NCBI RefSeq assembly: GCF_963506605.1
Contig: NC_083288.1
Location: forward strand, 27,776,001 to 27,840,000
Length of the DNA stretch: 64,000 nt
Source of the DNA: Zootoca vivipara
Lineage: Eukaryota
Reading direction: 5' to 3'
The notes below the pieces were generated by a model, which worked only from the letters and a program-made list of their open reading frames with translations, was not told where the DNA came from and did not search any database. Every line of letters begins with the position of its first letter. The first letter of the stretch is position 1. Of this stretch, positions 10,420 to 23,121 are shown piece by piece. Made by a program: the position numbers and the translations under genes.

Positions 10420-10995
10420 TCATTTTATTATTTATACCCCACCCATCTGGCTGGGTTTTCCCAGCCACTCTGAGCGGCTACAGGGGCGGAGGAAGGGGGT
10501 TCGGTGGGGGCGGTCCACCTTGGGTGTCACCACTGAGGGAGATGGCAAAATGCCAGGCAGCACTCACTGCAGGGCCTGCATCGCACCCGAGCCACGCATC
10601 TCTCCTGGGAGTGACACAGTGGCTTGGGTGCCTTCAGGCTCCACGCTGCCCTAAATGGTCCGCCCGCCGCCTCCCCCTCAGCTGTAGGGCGGCTGAGTGG
10701 GAGGAGGCAGGCAGACTCCAGAGGCCCTGCAGAGTGTCCTGCCCTGGCTCATCCAGCCCCTCAGGTGGCTGGCACCACCCCCATGGGTGGCTGGCCCACC
10801 CCTGGGTGCAGGGCAAACGCATTGCCCCATGGCACCTGATTGGCTTGCTCTGCCGCAGGGCGGCTTACAGCATATATAAAACATAGTAAAACATCAAACA
10901 TTAAAAACTTCCCGATATAGGGCTGCCCTCATATGTCTTCTAAATGTTATGCAATCATCTCCTTGACATCTGAAGGGAGGGTACCACTACCGAGA
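10420..10995 (-). mobile_element. L2-like LINE 3' fragment, interrupted by a MITE
   Basis: TTATTATTTATACCCCACCCATCTGGCTGGG..GCGGCT tail resumes after 10858 (..AGGGCTGCC..ATGTCTTCTAAA); family recognised from memory. Confidence 0.6.
10481..10858. mobile_element. GC-rich MITE, probably hAT
   Basis: Imperfect TIR CAGGGGCGGAG / CTCTGCCGCAG; degenerate 8-bp TSD AGCGGCTA / GGCGGCTT. Confidence 0.6.
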
Positions 10996-12655
10996 TGTAT
11001 TACTGCCCGAATCATGGAGGTTTCTGTTGTCAAGGGAACATGGATTTCCTCTTCTCTGTAACTTTTGATTCCTTTTGTTCCTTTGCTTTATCCATGCATT
11101 AATATCACTTGTTATCAGAACTGCCAAGGGACTTTTTCTACCTTGCTGGGTAGATTATAAATAATAATTCTATAGAGATCATCTCATTATGGACTGATGA
11201 ATTTGCAAGCAACAAGGCAGGAGTCTTTGAAAGAAGCAGCAGGGTAAGAAGGTTTCTATTAGAGGAATAGAGGCAGGACATAGAGGAAGTGATTCAAAAT
11301 TTTTGTGCAATCCCAGAATGCAATAGCTGTTTTCCAGGACGGTCATCATGCCATATACCAGTAAGATCTTATAACTAAGTAAGTCAGAGGAATCAATTGA
11401 AAAGTGGATATTAAGCGGATCTTCTTCTTTCCACCCATTCAACCACCATCCTGGCACAGACCTTTGCTCTGAATGCTTTTTGCCTTAGTTATCTGCAGCA
11501 AAAAATGGGGAAATTACAATAATACATTGTACGTCAATAGCTTAATAAATTACTTTGCAATGTGCATTGTTTAGAGAGGCATTGATGTGTAATTCCCAGT
11601 GTTCTGATGGGCGCCTCATGGCTTTGCTTTTTTTTCTAAAGTGTCTGTTGATTTCGTTTAGGTTTTTGTGGCTAGATGCCACCTGCATGCAATAAGGCTG
11701 CAATTCTAACCATGTTAACTCTAAAGTATATGGGGCTTACGTTCAGGTACGTGGGTGTGGATTGTGGCCTTAATTTTCTTTCTACTTTCCATTAAAAACT
11801 AATAGAACGCATCATTAATTATCATTGTTTTCAATCACTTTTGTTACCTATAGACTTTATCTTGGCTCCTCGGTTAGAGCCCATCACCCCCTCAAAACAC
11901 AAAAACTGGAAACTGCTTGTCAAGGGTGCTGGGAATTGTAGTGTAGCTGTGTTCCAAGGATTCTTCTGAGTGTTTGTGCTTCAAAAATACTGTATTTTTT
12001 CTCTCAACATGTAATAAACATAATTTAAAATGCGGTAAGCAACAATAGCAGGTAGCCTGTCATTTCTTGGGGAAAGGTACAACAGCAACTTAAAGTTGGA
12101 AATAATACTTAGAACAAGTTCATGATGCATATTAAAGTATCTAGTCCAATAAGTCTCTCCAGATGTTTCCATGGGTCTGTGTGTACGTTAAATATATGCA
12201 ATGTATGCAGCCCACACACTTTCTCCATGTTGCAACCAAGAAATTAACACAATAAGTCAAAACACAAATTTGTCACACTCATTATGCAGAGAAGTAGAGA
12301 TTAACTCAAAGCCAGTAGGAGAACAGCCAAACATTTTCTACTCAACCCTAAGAAAGGTGGCTGCATATGAAAGGTGAGCTGGGAGGGATGCTGTGGTAGC
12401 CTGAAATAAGCTATGTGGTGACAGACATTTTAAAGGCATTCATCCTGGCCTCCCCTAAAGTTCCCAGAGCATCAGGAGGCTAGCTTAACCTGTTCCCATC
12501 TTCCTTTGTCCAAAATGAGGCAAGGAAGTGCAAAACCACTTCCACCAAAATGGTGAGTGAAGAGTGTTGTGGAGAGTTTCCTCTGGTTTAAAATGTTGAT
12601 TTGCAAGACAACACACCAACTTGCAGTTGTAAGTGGTGCATTCTGTTTTCTCCAG

Positions 12656-13621
12656 ATGCAGCCCGTGGCAAGCAGAGAGGGACAAAATCAAACAACTGTT
12701 TCTGAATTCATACTCTTGGGATTTGGATATCTCCTCAATCTGCAGGTTGTTCTCTTCATGCTCTTCTTAACAATCTACTTGGCCACCATGGCTGGGAATC
12801 TCCTCATTGTTTTTTTGGTTATGGCTGTCCAACATCTCCATACTCCCATGTACTTCTTCCTAGGGAACCTCTCCTTTCTTGAATCCTGCTACAGCTCAAC
12901 AATTCTGCCCAAGATGTTGACTGTACTTCTGACCGGTGAAAGAACTATATCTATAAAAGCCTGCTTCACACAATTTTTTATATTTTCTTGCTTGGGAGGT
13001 TCTGAATGCTACCTCTTGTCTGTGATGTCTTATGACAGGTACTTAGCAGTATGCAGACCATTACATTATGCCACTCTAATGAACAGTAGGCTCTGCCTGC
13101 AGTTGGCAGCTGGATCTTGGGTTAGTGGACTCCTGGTTGGCACAGGCATAACTGTTAGGGTATCACAGTTATCTTTCTGTGGTCCCAACATCATTGATCA
13201 TTACTTCTGTGATGTCATACCAGACATAAAAGAGATTTCTTGCACCGACACATACTTAGTAGAATTGTCTGCCTTCATATTTGTTTGCATTTTCACCCTG
13301 CCACCCTTTGTTCTCACAATGGCCTCCTATGCTTACATCATCACTACAATCCTCAAAATCCCATCTACCACTGGAAGACAAAAGGCCTTCTCTACCTGCT
13401 CATCTCACCTCACAGTGGTGGCCCTCTTTTATGGAACGCTGATGCTAGTTTATATGCTCCCAGGATCAAGGAAACTCAGATACACGAAGAAAATATTTTC
13501 TCTCTTCTATACTGTCCTAACTCCCATGGTCAATCCCTTGATATACAGCTTGAGAAACAAAGAGGTGAAGGAGGCGTTGCAAAGAGTTATTAGGAAGTTC
13601 ATAGCCTATTCAACGTTTTAG
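12656..13621 (+). CDS. Class II olfactory receptor (OR-2, 321 aa), paralog of OR-1 and OR-3
   Basis: All OR motifs intact; ATG directly after acceptor TTTTCTCCAG (12655). Confidence 0.95.
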   Translation: MQPVASREGQNQTTVSEFILLGFGYLLNLQVVLFMLFLTIYLATMAGNLLIVFLVMAVQHLHTPMYFFLGNLSFLESCYSSTILPKMLTVLLTGERTISIKACFTQFFIFSCLGGSECYLLSVMSYDRYLAVCRPLHYATLMNSRLCLQLAAGSWVSGLLVGTGITVRVSQLSFCGPNIIDHYFCDVIPDIKEISCTDTYLVELSAFIFVCIFTLPPFVLTMASYAYIITTILKIPSTTGRQKAFSTCSSHLTVVALFYGTLMLVYMLPGSRKLRYTKKIFSLFYTVLTPMVNPLIYSLRNKEVKEALQRVIRKFIAYSTF

Positions 13622-14272
13622 AACACCATGTTTTAAGTTGTAATGGAACTGAAGAATCAATTACGGTGTGAATAAATTGTATCCGTTGGATAGATGTTTC
13701 CACTTTTTCATATTTGATATCCCTGCAATTGATTTCTGCAACATGCAGGCACATTTATTTCCTGCTTGTCTTCCCCGAACTGCAATCACCTATTAAAATT
13801 TATGACTAAAATGAAAACCTTATTTGCTCTTTTATTGATGGATTTGTTTACGGGGAAGTGGTCCAAAAGTTTGTATTTCTCTTCATTATCATCATAGTTT
13901 AACATAGACAGAGTGCTGCAGGGTGAGATACTCTCTTCACTGCAGGTCAAAGGTGATTTTGTAGTTCAAAAACGGGCACCTTGAACTGTTCTTAGAATCA
14001 TTTGGTAACCTGTGTGGCTACATACATTTAGTTGTATATGTTCCCACATTTCATGCCACCTAAGAGGTGGGCCACAGCATCCACTTGGAGATGGAGGTTA
14101 TAAATGTAGGTGCATGCCCCCCCCTTTAAAAAGGATTCTAGCTCATGTATCAAACAAAACTGATAAATAATACACAAGGTTAGCTTTGATGCCAAAGGTA
14201 ACACCAGATCCATGAGGACAGAATCCTCAGTTTCACTCTAAATTCCACGTTAGCTGCTCTCTTGACTCAATA

Positions 14273-14518
14273 TCCCGTGTTTCCCTGAAGATAAGACACT
14301 GTCTTATATTTATTTTTCCTCAAGAAGACAACTATGGCTAATTTTCAGGGGATGTCTTATTTTTTTATTACGCATCCAGCCTCGCCTCTTCCTTGGCGCC
14401 CTCCAGAATTGCGCCTATCACTATGTCTTATTTTCGGGGTATGGCTTATATTGCGCAAATGCTTAGAAATCCTGCTATGGCTTATTTTATGGGTATGTCT
14501 TATTTTGGGGGGAAAGGG
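14273..14518. mobile_element. Tigger/pogo-like MITE
   Basis: TA..CCGTGTTTCCCTGAAGATAAGACA start and TGTCTTATTTTGGGGGGAAAGGG-TA end; a paralogous empty site exists at about 9540-9600. Confidence 0.8.
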
Positions 14519-16957
14519 TAGGTGGGTAGACCAATGAACTGAAGTCTTTCTTCACAGTTAGATTCATTATTTAAATTAAGCAAGCATTCAAAGGGCCCTG
14601 TCTCAAACCACTGACAACTACCGAAGCAGGTCACACACATCAGCTGAGAATAATTATATAATGGAAAATGGGGGGAATAAAAGATTCCATTTTTCCCCAA
14701 ACATCTCTTTATGGATTTTCTTTTCTTTTTCTTTTGTTTTGTTTACAGCTGTTGGGTCCCCATTTGTTTCTACAGTGTTTTGGAGTATCACATATATTAC
14801 ACATGAATCTCTGTCTCAGATAATGCAAAATTTCATTCTGAAAAAAATATCCTCTGTAGACTGATATACCTATTAGCAGAATAGTCAAGGGATATTCTTT
14901 TGCTGTGCGGTCCATAAATAACCACCCAATGGAGACATTCAACATATTGTGACACTACATACCGGTAGACATCACAGCTACCAAAGCAAAACTCTGCAGA
15001 ATAGTGTGGGAAGACGGAAGGGGGAAGGAGTGTTAAGTACTATATCAGAATCAATTTATATATTATTGGGCTCATATACTGGGGTGATATGAAAGATAAT
15101 GACTGCAGTCCTGGAAGTAAGTTCTGCTGAATCAATGAAGATTAATTTCGAGCAAGATCAACCAAGTCATGAGCATTTCTATAGAGAACAGAAGAATACA
15201 ATGCAGCCTTGAGATACAGAATAAATCCATCTGTCATGATATAAATTCAACATTAAGGTAAAAAAAAATGTTTTCATATGTGGGCACTTCTCTTACACTT
15301 TCCCTGACTAACTATCTCAGTAGGGGAACCTCAAACCTGGAGGATAAATGCAGCCCTCCAGAGATTTCCATCTAGCCCTTAGCCTTGCTTCAGGCCATAC
15401 CATCTCTCTCTAGGCTGTACATAGCTTAGAATAAAACCAGTTGTAGAAAGAAAAAAGACACATCTGCTGTGCTCCCCACTTTTCCCATTTGTATGTGACA
15501 CTTGGAGAAAATGTGACCAGGGTGAAAGAGGTTCCCCTCCCTTGTTCTATAAGACTTTGCTTGATGTCTTTTTAAAGCTGCCTAAGTAAGTGGCCATCAA
15601 CATATATTGTAGCAGCAGAATTTACTATTTCAGTAATTGTTTTCTACACATTTCTATGATGTCCCTTATGTGATAAGATAACTTAACCAGAACTTTGCAG
15701 TTTTTCTTACAATGGCTGTACAATAGATTTATACATTATTATTCTAGCTGTTGTGGTGTTACACACCACAATATAGTGATTTCTGAGTTCAGGTCCTTAT
15801 TTAGCCAGCCTGATTTCACTTATGGAGAGGGAGGGATCAGCAGGCTTGTAAGAGTCTGAAGATTCGTGGAAATACAAAACAACACTGTAGGAAGGGAGTG
15901 GAGACCCTTAATGAGAAGACCTTAAACAGACCAAAAAACAAAAACAAAAAGCCCGAGGATGGTTAGTGATCCTGAAATAGGACACCATGGGGGGACGAGC
16001 ATGGAAGAGTGCAGCATTCCAACCAACCATCCAACTATATTCGAAAACAGCACTGCAGCATTTTGTTTCATAGTCACTTTGATTCCTAATAATTTCCCCA
16101 AACTGAACGGACCATTCACAACACCACAACACTGAGTTAATGTTGTATTGGGGGCTTCTTGGACTGGAAGCCTACAAAGGGAAATTTGTTGGCAGAACTG
16201 CACATGCAACAGCCATTGCTTTCTGTGTTTCTAGTAGCAGTAGGGATATAGCTGGATAAATCAGTCTACATTTGGTCTCTGTCAGTTTTACACGTGCTCT
16301 CCTATATTAATAGCCACATGAAAATTGCATTTAGTATGTATTTTCAAATGTGTTTTCTCTATAAATACATATTTAAAATAGATGTCGGCACACTTTTCAA
16401 ATGGGTTGAACATTCAGGAAGTATGAAACCAAGTGGATTACTAAACTCTAGCAAATACAGTAAATTAGTCTGGGCTGTGTGGATCTGCTTAGTTTTTTTA
16501 TCAGAATTCACAAAAAATTGCATTTGTCAAGCATCCCCAGGCAGCAGTTCCCTGTGCTCTCGAAGAAATAATCTATTTGATGATAAAGACTGATATAATG
16601 AAAACAAAGAGCCTGGTTCTCTTCTATATTCATACTTCCCACTGTAAGATCCCTGCTAATATCAGCAAAGTTGGATTTTCTTGCATCTGTAATGAGGTTT
16701 CACAGGACATGTCAAAGGCCAGCAGATAGCAGAAGACAACCAATCAGTCAATCAATCAATCAATCAATCAAAACTTAAGTTTGCAAAATACTGAAAGCTC
16801 ACAGTGACTTGTCATTAACATTTTACTACTGAGTAAAGAAAAGGTCTTGATGTTCAACCTTTGGAGAAATAATAGCTTCAGAGTTTAAGGATATGAGAAT
16901 GAATCCGGTATAATGATATACTGTAATGCTAAATATTTTGTGTTTGATTTTCTCCAG

Positions 16958-17932
16958 ATGATGCCATTGGCAAAGAGAGAGAAGCAAAATCAAACAACTA
17001 TTACTGAGTTCATCCTCTTAGGATTTGGAGACCTTAATAAATTGGAATTTCTTCTTTTCCTACTCTTCCTAGTGATCTTCTTGGTGACCATGGCTGGGAA
17101 CCTTCTCATTGTTTTGTTGGTTGTGACTGATCGGCATCTTCACACCCCCATGTATTTCTTTCTAGGGAACCTCTCTTTCTTGGAATGTTGCTACAGCTCG
17201 GCAATCCTGCCTAGAATACTATCAAGTCTCTTGACTGGGGAGAAAAGTATATCCATAAAAGCTTGCTTTGTGCAGTTTTATATATTTGCTTGCCTCGGAG
17301 GTGCTGAATGCTACTTCCTCTCTGTAATGTCTTACGATAGGTACCTAGCTGTATGTAAACCATTGCACTATGCCAATCTCATGAATGGTAGGTTATGTCT
17401 ACAGTTGGTAGCCGTGTCTTGGGCAAGTGGAGTTTTGGTGAGCACAAGTACAACCCTTTCAGTGTCTTCATTGTCCTTCTGTGGCCCTAATGAAATTGAT
17501 CATTACCTCTGTGATTTGTCCCCAGTCATCAAAGAAATTTCATGCAGCGACACATATGTTGTAGAAATGACTGCATTCATCTTTGCCTGTGCCTTCACAC
17601 TGCCTCCATTTCTACTCACATTAACATCTTACATTTTCATCATTGTCACAATCCTACGAATCCCTTCCACTACTGGGAGGCAAAAGGCCTTCTCCACCTG
17701 TTCATCTCACCTCACTGTGGTGGCTCTCTTTTATGGAACGCTGATGCTAGTCTATATGCTCCCACGGTCCAGGGATCTGAGATATGTGAAGAAAATCTTC
17801 TCTCTTTTCTATACAGTCCTGACCCCTATGGTCAATCCCCTCATATACAGCCTTAGAAACAAGGAAGTGAAGGAAGCCATGTCGAAAGGTTTGAGGAAGT
17901 TCACCAGCTTCATGACAGATCCACTTTTTTAA
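16958..17932 (+). CDS. Class II olfactory receptor (OR-3, 324 aa)
   Basis: All OR motifs intact; ATG directly after acceptor TTTTCTCCAG (16957). Confidence 0.95.
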   Translation: MMPLAKREKQNQTTITEFILLGFGDLNKLEFLLFLLFLVIFLVTMAGNLLIVLLVVTDRHLHTPMYFFLGNLSFLECCYSSAILPRILSSLLTGEKSISIKACFVQFYIFACLGGAECYFLSVMSYDRYLAVCKPLHYANLMNGRLCLQLVAVSWASGVLVSTSTTLSVSSLSFCGPNEIDHYLCDLSPVIKEISCSDTYVVEMTAFIFACAFTLPPFLLTLTSYIFIIVTILRIPSTTGRQKAFSTCSSHLTVVALFYGTLMLVYMLPRSRDLRYVKKIFSLFYTVLTPMVNPLIYSLRNKEVKEAMSKGLRKFTSFMTDPLF

Positions 17933-17996
17933 TGATCAGAATCAATGAAAATAGTTGCCAACTGAATGTGCAAGTCATCATTTTGAATGTGTAAGC

Positions 17997-18122
17997 CAGG
18001 CACAGGCAAACTCGGCCCTCCAGATGTTTGGGGATTACAACTCCCATCATCCCTGACCACTAGTCCTGTTAGCTAGGAATGGTGGGAGTTGTAGTACCAA
18101 AACATCAGTTTTCCTATGCCTG
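17997..18122. mobile_element. hAT MITE
   Basis: CAGGCA..TGCCTG termini; TSD GTGTAAGC / GCGTAAGC; same family as 57847-57982. Confidence 0.85.
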
Positions 18123-18914
18123 GCGTAAGCCATCATTTTGTTCTACTTAAAAATCCATCTCAAATTTTGATACAGTTTGTATATTTAAAATGCTTATAGA
18201 TGTCAAATAAAAAAGGAAGATAAAGGAACATCAACTTCGCTTTAATTGTACAATGTTAAATTGCTGATATGTGATTGAAATGCACTCACAGCATAGGGAC
18301 AGTGTAAGTAACCTCCCCCGTGTGTAGCGCTCATGGGACCACTAAGTATGCAGGAATTCCAAGAATGCTTAGGAATTCTTAGCTTTAATAATGTGACCTA
18401 AAACTTTTTACACAATGGGAACAGTTTAAGAGAAGAATCATAACTTGAACATGCACCTTGCATGCTAAAGTTCCCATCCATGTGCTATCCCTGGCATATC
18501 CACTTAAAAGACTTTCAGGAATTGTATATGTGAAATTAAGATATATTTTTGTACCATTTTACATTTGTTTACAATGAACACCCTAAACAATTGGAATTTG
18601 CTTTAGAATCTATATAAAATGTTTCTTCAGTTCTAAAATTGAGAGTGATTGAGCAAAAAAAGGAAAAGGAAAATATTTTGGGTATACAGACAACTCCCAA
18701 TTTGTGTGAGGGTTGTTTTCCAGGTAATTGTGTGCATGTGTGAAATTGTATGCAATTGAAACACCCAGCTCTATGCCACCCTTGCTCCACATCTACTCTA
18801 GCAACCTAAAACAGGGGTTGTCTGTACTGGACTCCACAATGCCCCTACAAGAAGGCATTGTCTAATTCAGATAGATGCTGGAGTTGCAATGCTGGAAATA
18901 CCTCATTGAGGCTT

Positions 18915-19090
18915 ATGACCTGGGAAAACAAGATTTGAATCCCCACTTAGCCATAAAGCTCATTGGGTGACCTTGGGCCAATCCCTGTCTCTCAGCATAG
19001 CCTATCTCACAGGGTTTTTGTGGGTACTAAATGAGGAGTTGGGAAATGATGTGTGCCACTTCGAGCTCTTTGGAGAAAAAATTAATAATA
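18915..19090 (+). mobile_element. MIR/CORE-like SINE, degenerate
   Basis: B-box-like TTTGAATCCC followed by CORE-like GGGTGACCTTGGGCCAATCCCTGTCTCTCAGC. Confidence 0.55.
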
Positions 19091-20228
19091 ATAATTCATT
19101 TGTTATTGCTGTCCATATCAGTTTTTTATTGGTGAAATCATCAGTATTTGCAGATGTTAATGAATTTTTGAATTATATTCCTATAGTACCCTTAGTACCT
19201 CAGGTTTATATTCGGAACCCAGAATGATAAATACTCACCCTCTATTATGCAATGGTCTGAAGAACTGAACACCCTTACTATATTTGAATGTACTTTGTTT
19301 AAACACCAACTTTGTTTGGATTCCTGTTGAGATATTTGGATGGCATGCATCAATCTGTATGTGTAAATTAAGATGGATGACTTGATGCTTCTTGTATTGT
19401 TAATGTAAGTTGACAACCCCCCCCCCCGTTTATTCCTTGCATTTTTTTTTCTTTTGCTGTGCTTTTCTTTCTTTAATAAATTTGCAACTGAAACCGCCAT
19501 TTAACAACACGTGTAATATTTTTCTATCTCTATAATTGGCAGTGATCATTACAGTGCTTCTGCTAATTACACTGTAGAAGTATTGTAAAGGGAGTTTCTT
19601 CATTCTGCTTGTTGTAGATCGGAATGGGCTCATTTATTTAAGTACTGGTAGTTTCCTCCCAACATTAGAGCGTATTGTAGTACAGCCAGAGACAGTGTGA
19701 GTCGTAAATTGCTTGGTTTCAGTGGGAACTGCAGGCAGCAGATTGAGTAGATTAAGGGTGATTTAAAAGAGAACATCCTACAGGAAAACCAAACTGCATG
19801 TCAACCACTAGTTTTCCAGAAAACTGCAGTACAGGGATTTTGACAGCATAACAGCTTTTATTAAACACTCGTAAGTGCTTTTCTGTTCTTTTTTTAGTGA
19901 ACGGGTTCTTTTTTTAGTGACTGGGTCCCACACTGATATGAAGCCACTGAAAGGTTGGTCATAAAGCCCACAGGAAAGGCCCACCATCCCTGGTTAAGGG
20001 GACAGATATGGGGACTGGGACTGTGTTTAAAAACAAAGCAAAACAAAAACATTGCTGGGCAGAGACATATCCCACTGTGAGGCAAATCTCTCTATGCACT
20101 TTCTGCAGCAGTTGAAGGAGACTGATAAAATTGAGCTTCCATTGTCTTAGCTTTGTTGACTAAATTGCTGCTCCTCTTCAAAGAGATCTGATGGTTTATT
20201 TTATCCCCCCCCCCACAGAAAGAAACCT

Positions 20229-21218
20229 ATGGGAAGAGCAGGATGGAGAAATCAAACAACTGTCACAGAATTTATCCTGCTAGGTTTTGAGGATCTCCCT
20301 AAACTGCAAGGTCTTTTTTTCCTGGTATTTCTGATTATTTACTTGGTGACCCTGTGTGGGAACCTTCTCATCACCGTGCTCATTGTGACTGACCGACGCC
20401 TTCACACTCCAATGTACTTCTTCTTGGGGAATCTGTCTTGCTTGGAGATCTGCTATAGTTCAGCTGTTCTCCCAAGAATGCTGGCTAGTTTCTTGACAGG
20501 CTTGAAAGAGATTTCATTTGCAGGCTGTTTTGTGCAGTATTACGTATTTGCTTGCCTGGCAGGAACTGAATGTTATCTCCTTTCTGCAATGTCTTATGAC
20601 AGGTACTTAGCAATTTGTAAACCACTGCATTATGGAGCCCTCATGAATGGCCAGTTGTGCTTCCATCTCTCAGCTGGGTCTTGGGTATGTGGGGTTTTGG
20701 TCAGCACTATTACAACCATTTCAATGTCATGGTTATTCTTCTGTGGCCCCAATGAAATAGATCATTACATATGTGACTTAAAAGCCATGCTAAAGCTCTC
20801 CTGCAGTGACACCTATTGGATGAAGCTCACAAATTTTGTTTTTGCCTGCACATTCACTTTGCCTCCTTTCCTGCTCACCATGACCTCATACATTTATATC
20901 ATAGCCACAATCCTAAGAATCTCATCCACTACTGGAAGGAAAAAGGCATTTTCTACCTGCTCCTCTCACCTGTCAGTGGTCAGCCTGTTCTATGGAACAC
21001 TCATAATGGTCTATATGGTCCCGAGAGTCAGCATCCTAAGGCATCTTGACAAAGTGTTTTCTCTCTTTTACACTGTCCTCACTCCAATGGTCAACCCCCT
21101 CATATACAGCCTAAGGAACAAAGATGTAAATGAAGCCTTGGGGAAAATCCTTGCAAGATGCCCACCTTGCACAATGCCTTTGAGAATCCAGTTTGGAAAA
21201 CTGCAACCATTTAGTTGA
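20229..21218 (+). CDS. Class II olfactory receptor (OR-4, 329 aa)
   Basis: Intact OR motifs; pyrimidine tract ending CACAG just upstream. Confidence 0.95.
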   Translation: MGRAGWRNQTTVTEFILLGFEDLPKLQGLFFLVFLIIYLVTLCGNLLITVLIVTDRRLHTPMYFFLGNLSCLEICYSSAVLPRMLASFLTGLKEISFAGCFVQYYVFACLAGTECYLLSAMSYDRYLAICKPLHYGALMNGQLCFHLSAGSWVCGVLVSTITTISMSWLFFCGPNEIDHYICDLKAMLKLSCSDTYWMKLTNFVFACTFTLPPFLLTMTSYIYIIATILRISSTTGRKKAFSTCSSHLSVVSLFYGTLIMVYMVPRVSILRHLDKVFSLFYTVLTPMVNPLIYSLRNKDVNEALGKILARCPPCTMPLRIQFGKLQPFS

Positions 21219-22045
21219 TAAATTAGATGTGGCTGCGATGACCTCTCGTATTTAATGTTTTGCTTTTGTTTCTTGGGATAAATGTTCTGCTGTGAGATTT
21301 GGAAAGGATGTATCAATGGAATCTGTATGTGTTCTTATGAGACTAATGAGGTGCATTAGAATTATGTGGGGGACCACCCATAGATACGGGGACAGTGCTG
21401 ATCTATATAGGAACATTTGCAGCTGGTTGTTATGTGTGTTTTCAACATTAAACAACCAGGTATATCAAGCAGAACCATGGAATTCAGCCCAGCATTTTTC
21501 CCCCAGCGATTTCAGGAATATGGGTGTGAAGGAAGCCTTTTTTTGTGGAGGCAAATACAGTACATTTTGAAGCTTAACATGTTAATATAATACATTTCAC
21601 CAGTGAATGATACCATTTTGTCTTTACATTAAAAATCATTTTCCTGTTATTGGTGTAAAGTTAATAAAGAAGAGGCAAATTCCAAACCTTTTTCTATATA
21701 ATTGATTGCCTGCTTTCTCCATTTCCTTGGCCCATTTAATTACTTATGAAGATTGCTTAATGCTTATCCCAGTGGCATGAAACCAGAGAATGGCTGTAAA
21801 CTAATTGAAAAACCAATAAAGATGTCAATAAAAAATAATACTGATTGGGGCAACTGTGCCCCTGAAGGACCAGGTGCGCAGCCTGGGAGTCATTTTTGTA
21901 TCCTGGATAGCTGTCCAGGAATGCACAGGTCAATTCTGTGAGAGAGCTGATAAGATGTGGGACTTTCTATTTTTAAAGTATTAATTCATCAATTGCTTTT
22001 GTTTCATGACATTTTGATCCTTTCTTATTTGCAGTTTGCACCTAA

Positions 22046-23121
22046 ATGCATCCAGAAAACTACAGCACATTTGATGAGTTTGTTATTCTGGGCATCCCAG
22101 TTCCCAATCACCTAGTGATCATCTTCTTCTATCTGCTTTGACTGATTTCTGCTTTGTCATTGTTGGGGAACTTGACCATTACGCAGGGCTGGCCCTACGG
22201 CAAGGCTGGGTGGCGCAGGCTGCCAGGGCGCTGGGCCGTCGGGGGGCGGGCGCCGGAGGGATCTTCGCACCAGGGCGCCAGATATGCTTAAGACGGCCCT
22301 GCCATTATGGTTCTGGTGTTAGTTGATTCTCGTCTTCATAGGCCAATGTACTTCATCCTTTTAAACTTGTCCATCCTTGAGATAGCATTTACATTATCCA
22401 TTACCCCAGTCACACTTTCTAACCTCCTCTCAAGAACAAAAACAATATCATTTTATGGCTGCATAACTCAGTGCTTCCTCTATTTCCTCCTCGAAGTGGC
22501 AGAGTTCGTACTCCTGGCTGTCTTGTCCTTTGATCACTATGTAGCAATATGTGATCCACTACTCTATGCTTCTATCAAGAGCTTCAGGCTCTGCTCATGG
22601 CTTGTCGTTTTTTGTTGGTTGGCAGGATTCATTTTTGTGATTTGGCCTGTTTCCGCTATATCAAAACTAATATTCTGTGGCTCTAACATCATCAATCATT
22701 TCTTTTGTGATATTGAACCACTCCTTGCTCTCTCTTGCTCCAGTACACACTATACTGAGTTTCTAGATTTCATAATTGTTATAATTGTACTTCTGGGATC
22801 TTTGATATTAACAACAGTGTCCTACATTTCTATCATCACTGAGGTGCTAAGAATCCCATCAGCTACTGGGAAGAAGAAGGCCTTCTCCACTTGTGGTGCC
22901 CACATCACATCTACTACGGAAGTGCCATATTCATGTATCTGAGGCTATCAAAGGGACCATCCCTGGATCTCAAGAAAGTGGCAATCATCTTGACAGCGGT
23001 GATAACCCCTGTCCTCAACCCTATTATCTACACCCTGAGAAATGAAAAGGTGAAAGATGCCCTGGGAGACTTAATCAAAGGAAGGTTGCATTCAAATGTG
23101 CACATGAAAATAAATAAATGA
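22046..23121 (+). pseudogene. Olfactory receptor pseudogene (OR-5psi)
   Basis: ATG 22046 (MHPENYSTFDEFVILG); premature TGA 22139-22141; MITE insertion after TM1 GNL; DHY in place of DRY; frameshifting deletion at about 22908 in TM6. Confidence 0.93.
22184..22301. mobile_element. 118-bp hAT-type MITE inside OR-5psi
   Basis: CAGGGCTGGCCCTACG..TTAAGACGGCCCTG; TSD CCATTACG / CCATTATG. Confidence 0.9.

Noticed and set aside
12557-12655. N-terminal extensions of OR ORFs in the ORF track (also 4219, 16913, 37757)
   Set aside because: They cross polypyrimidine-AG splice acceptors and mostly start at GTG/TTG; probably intronic
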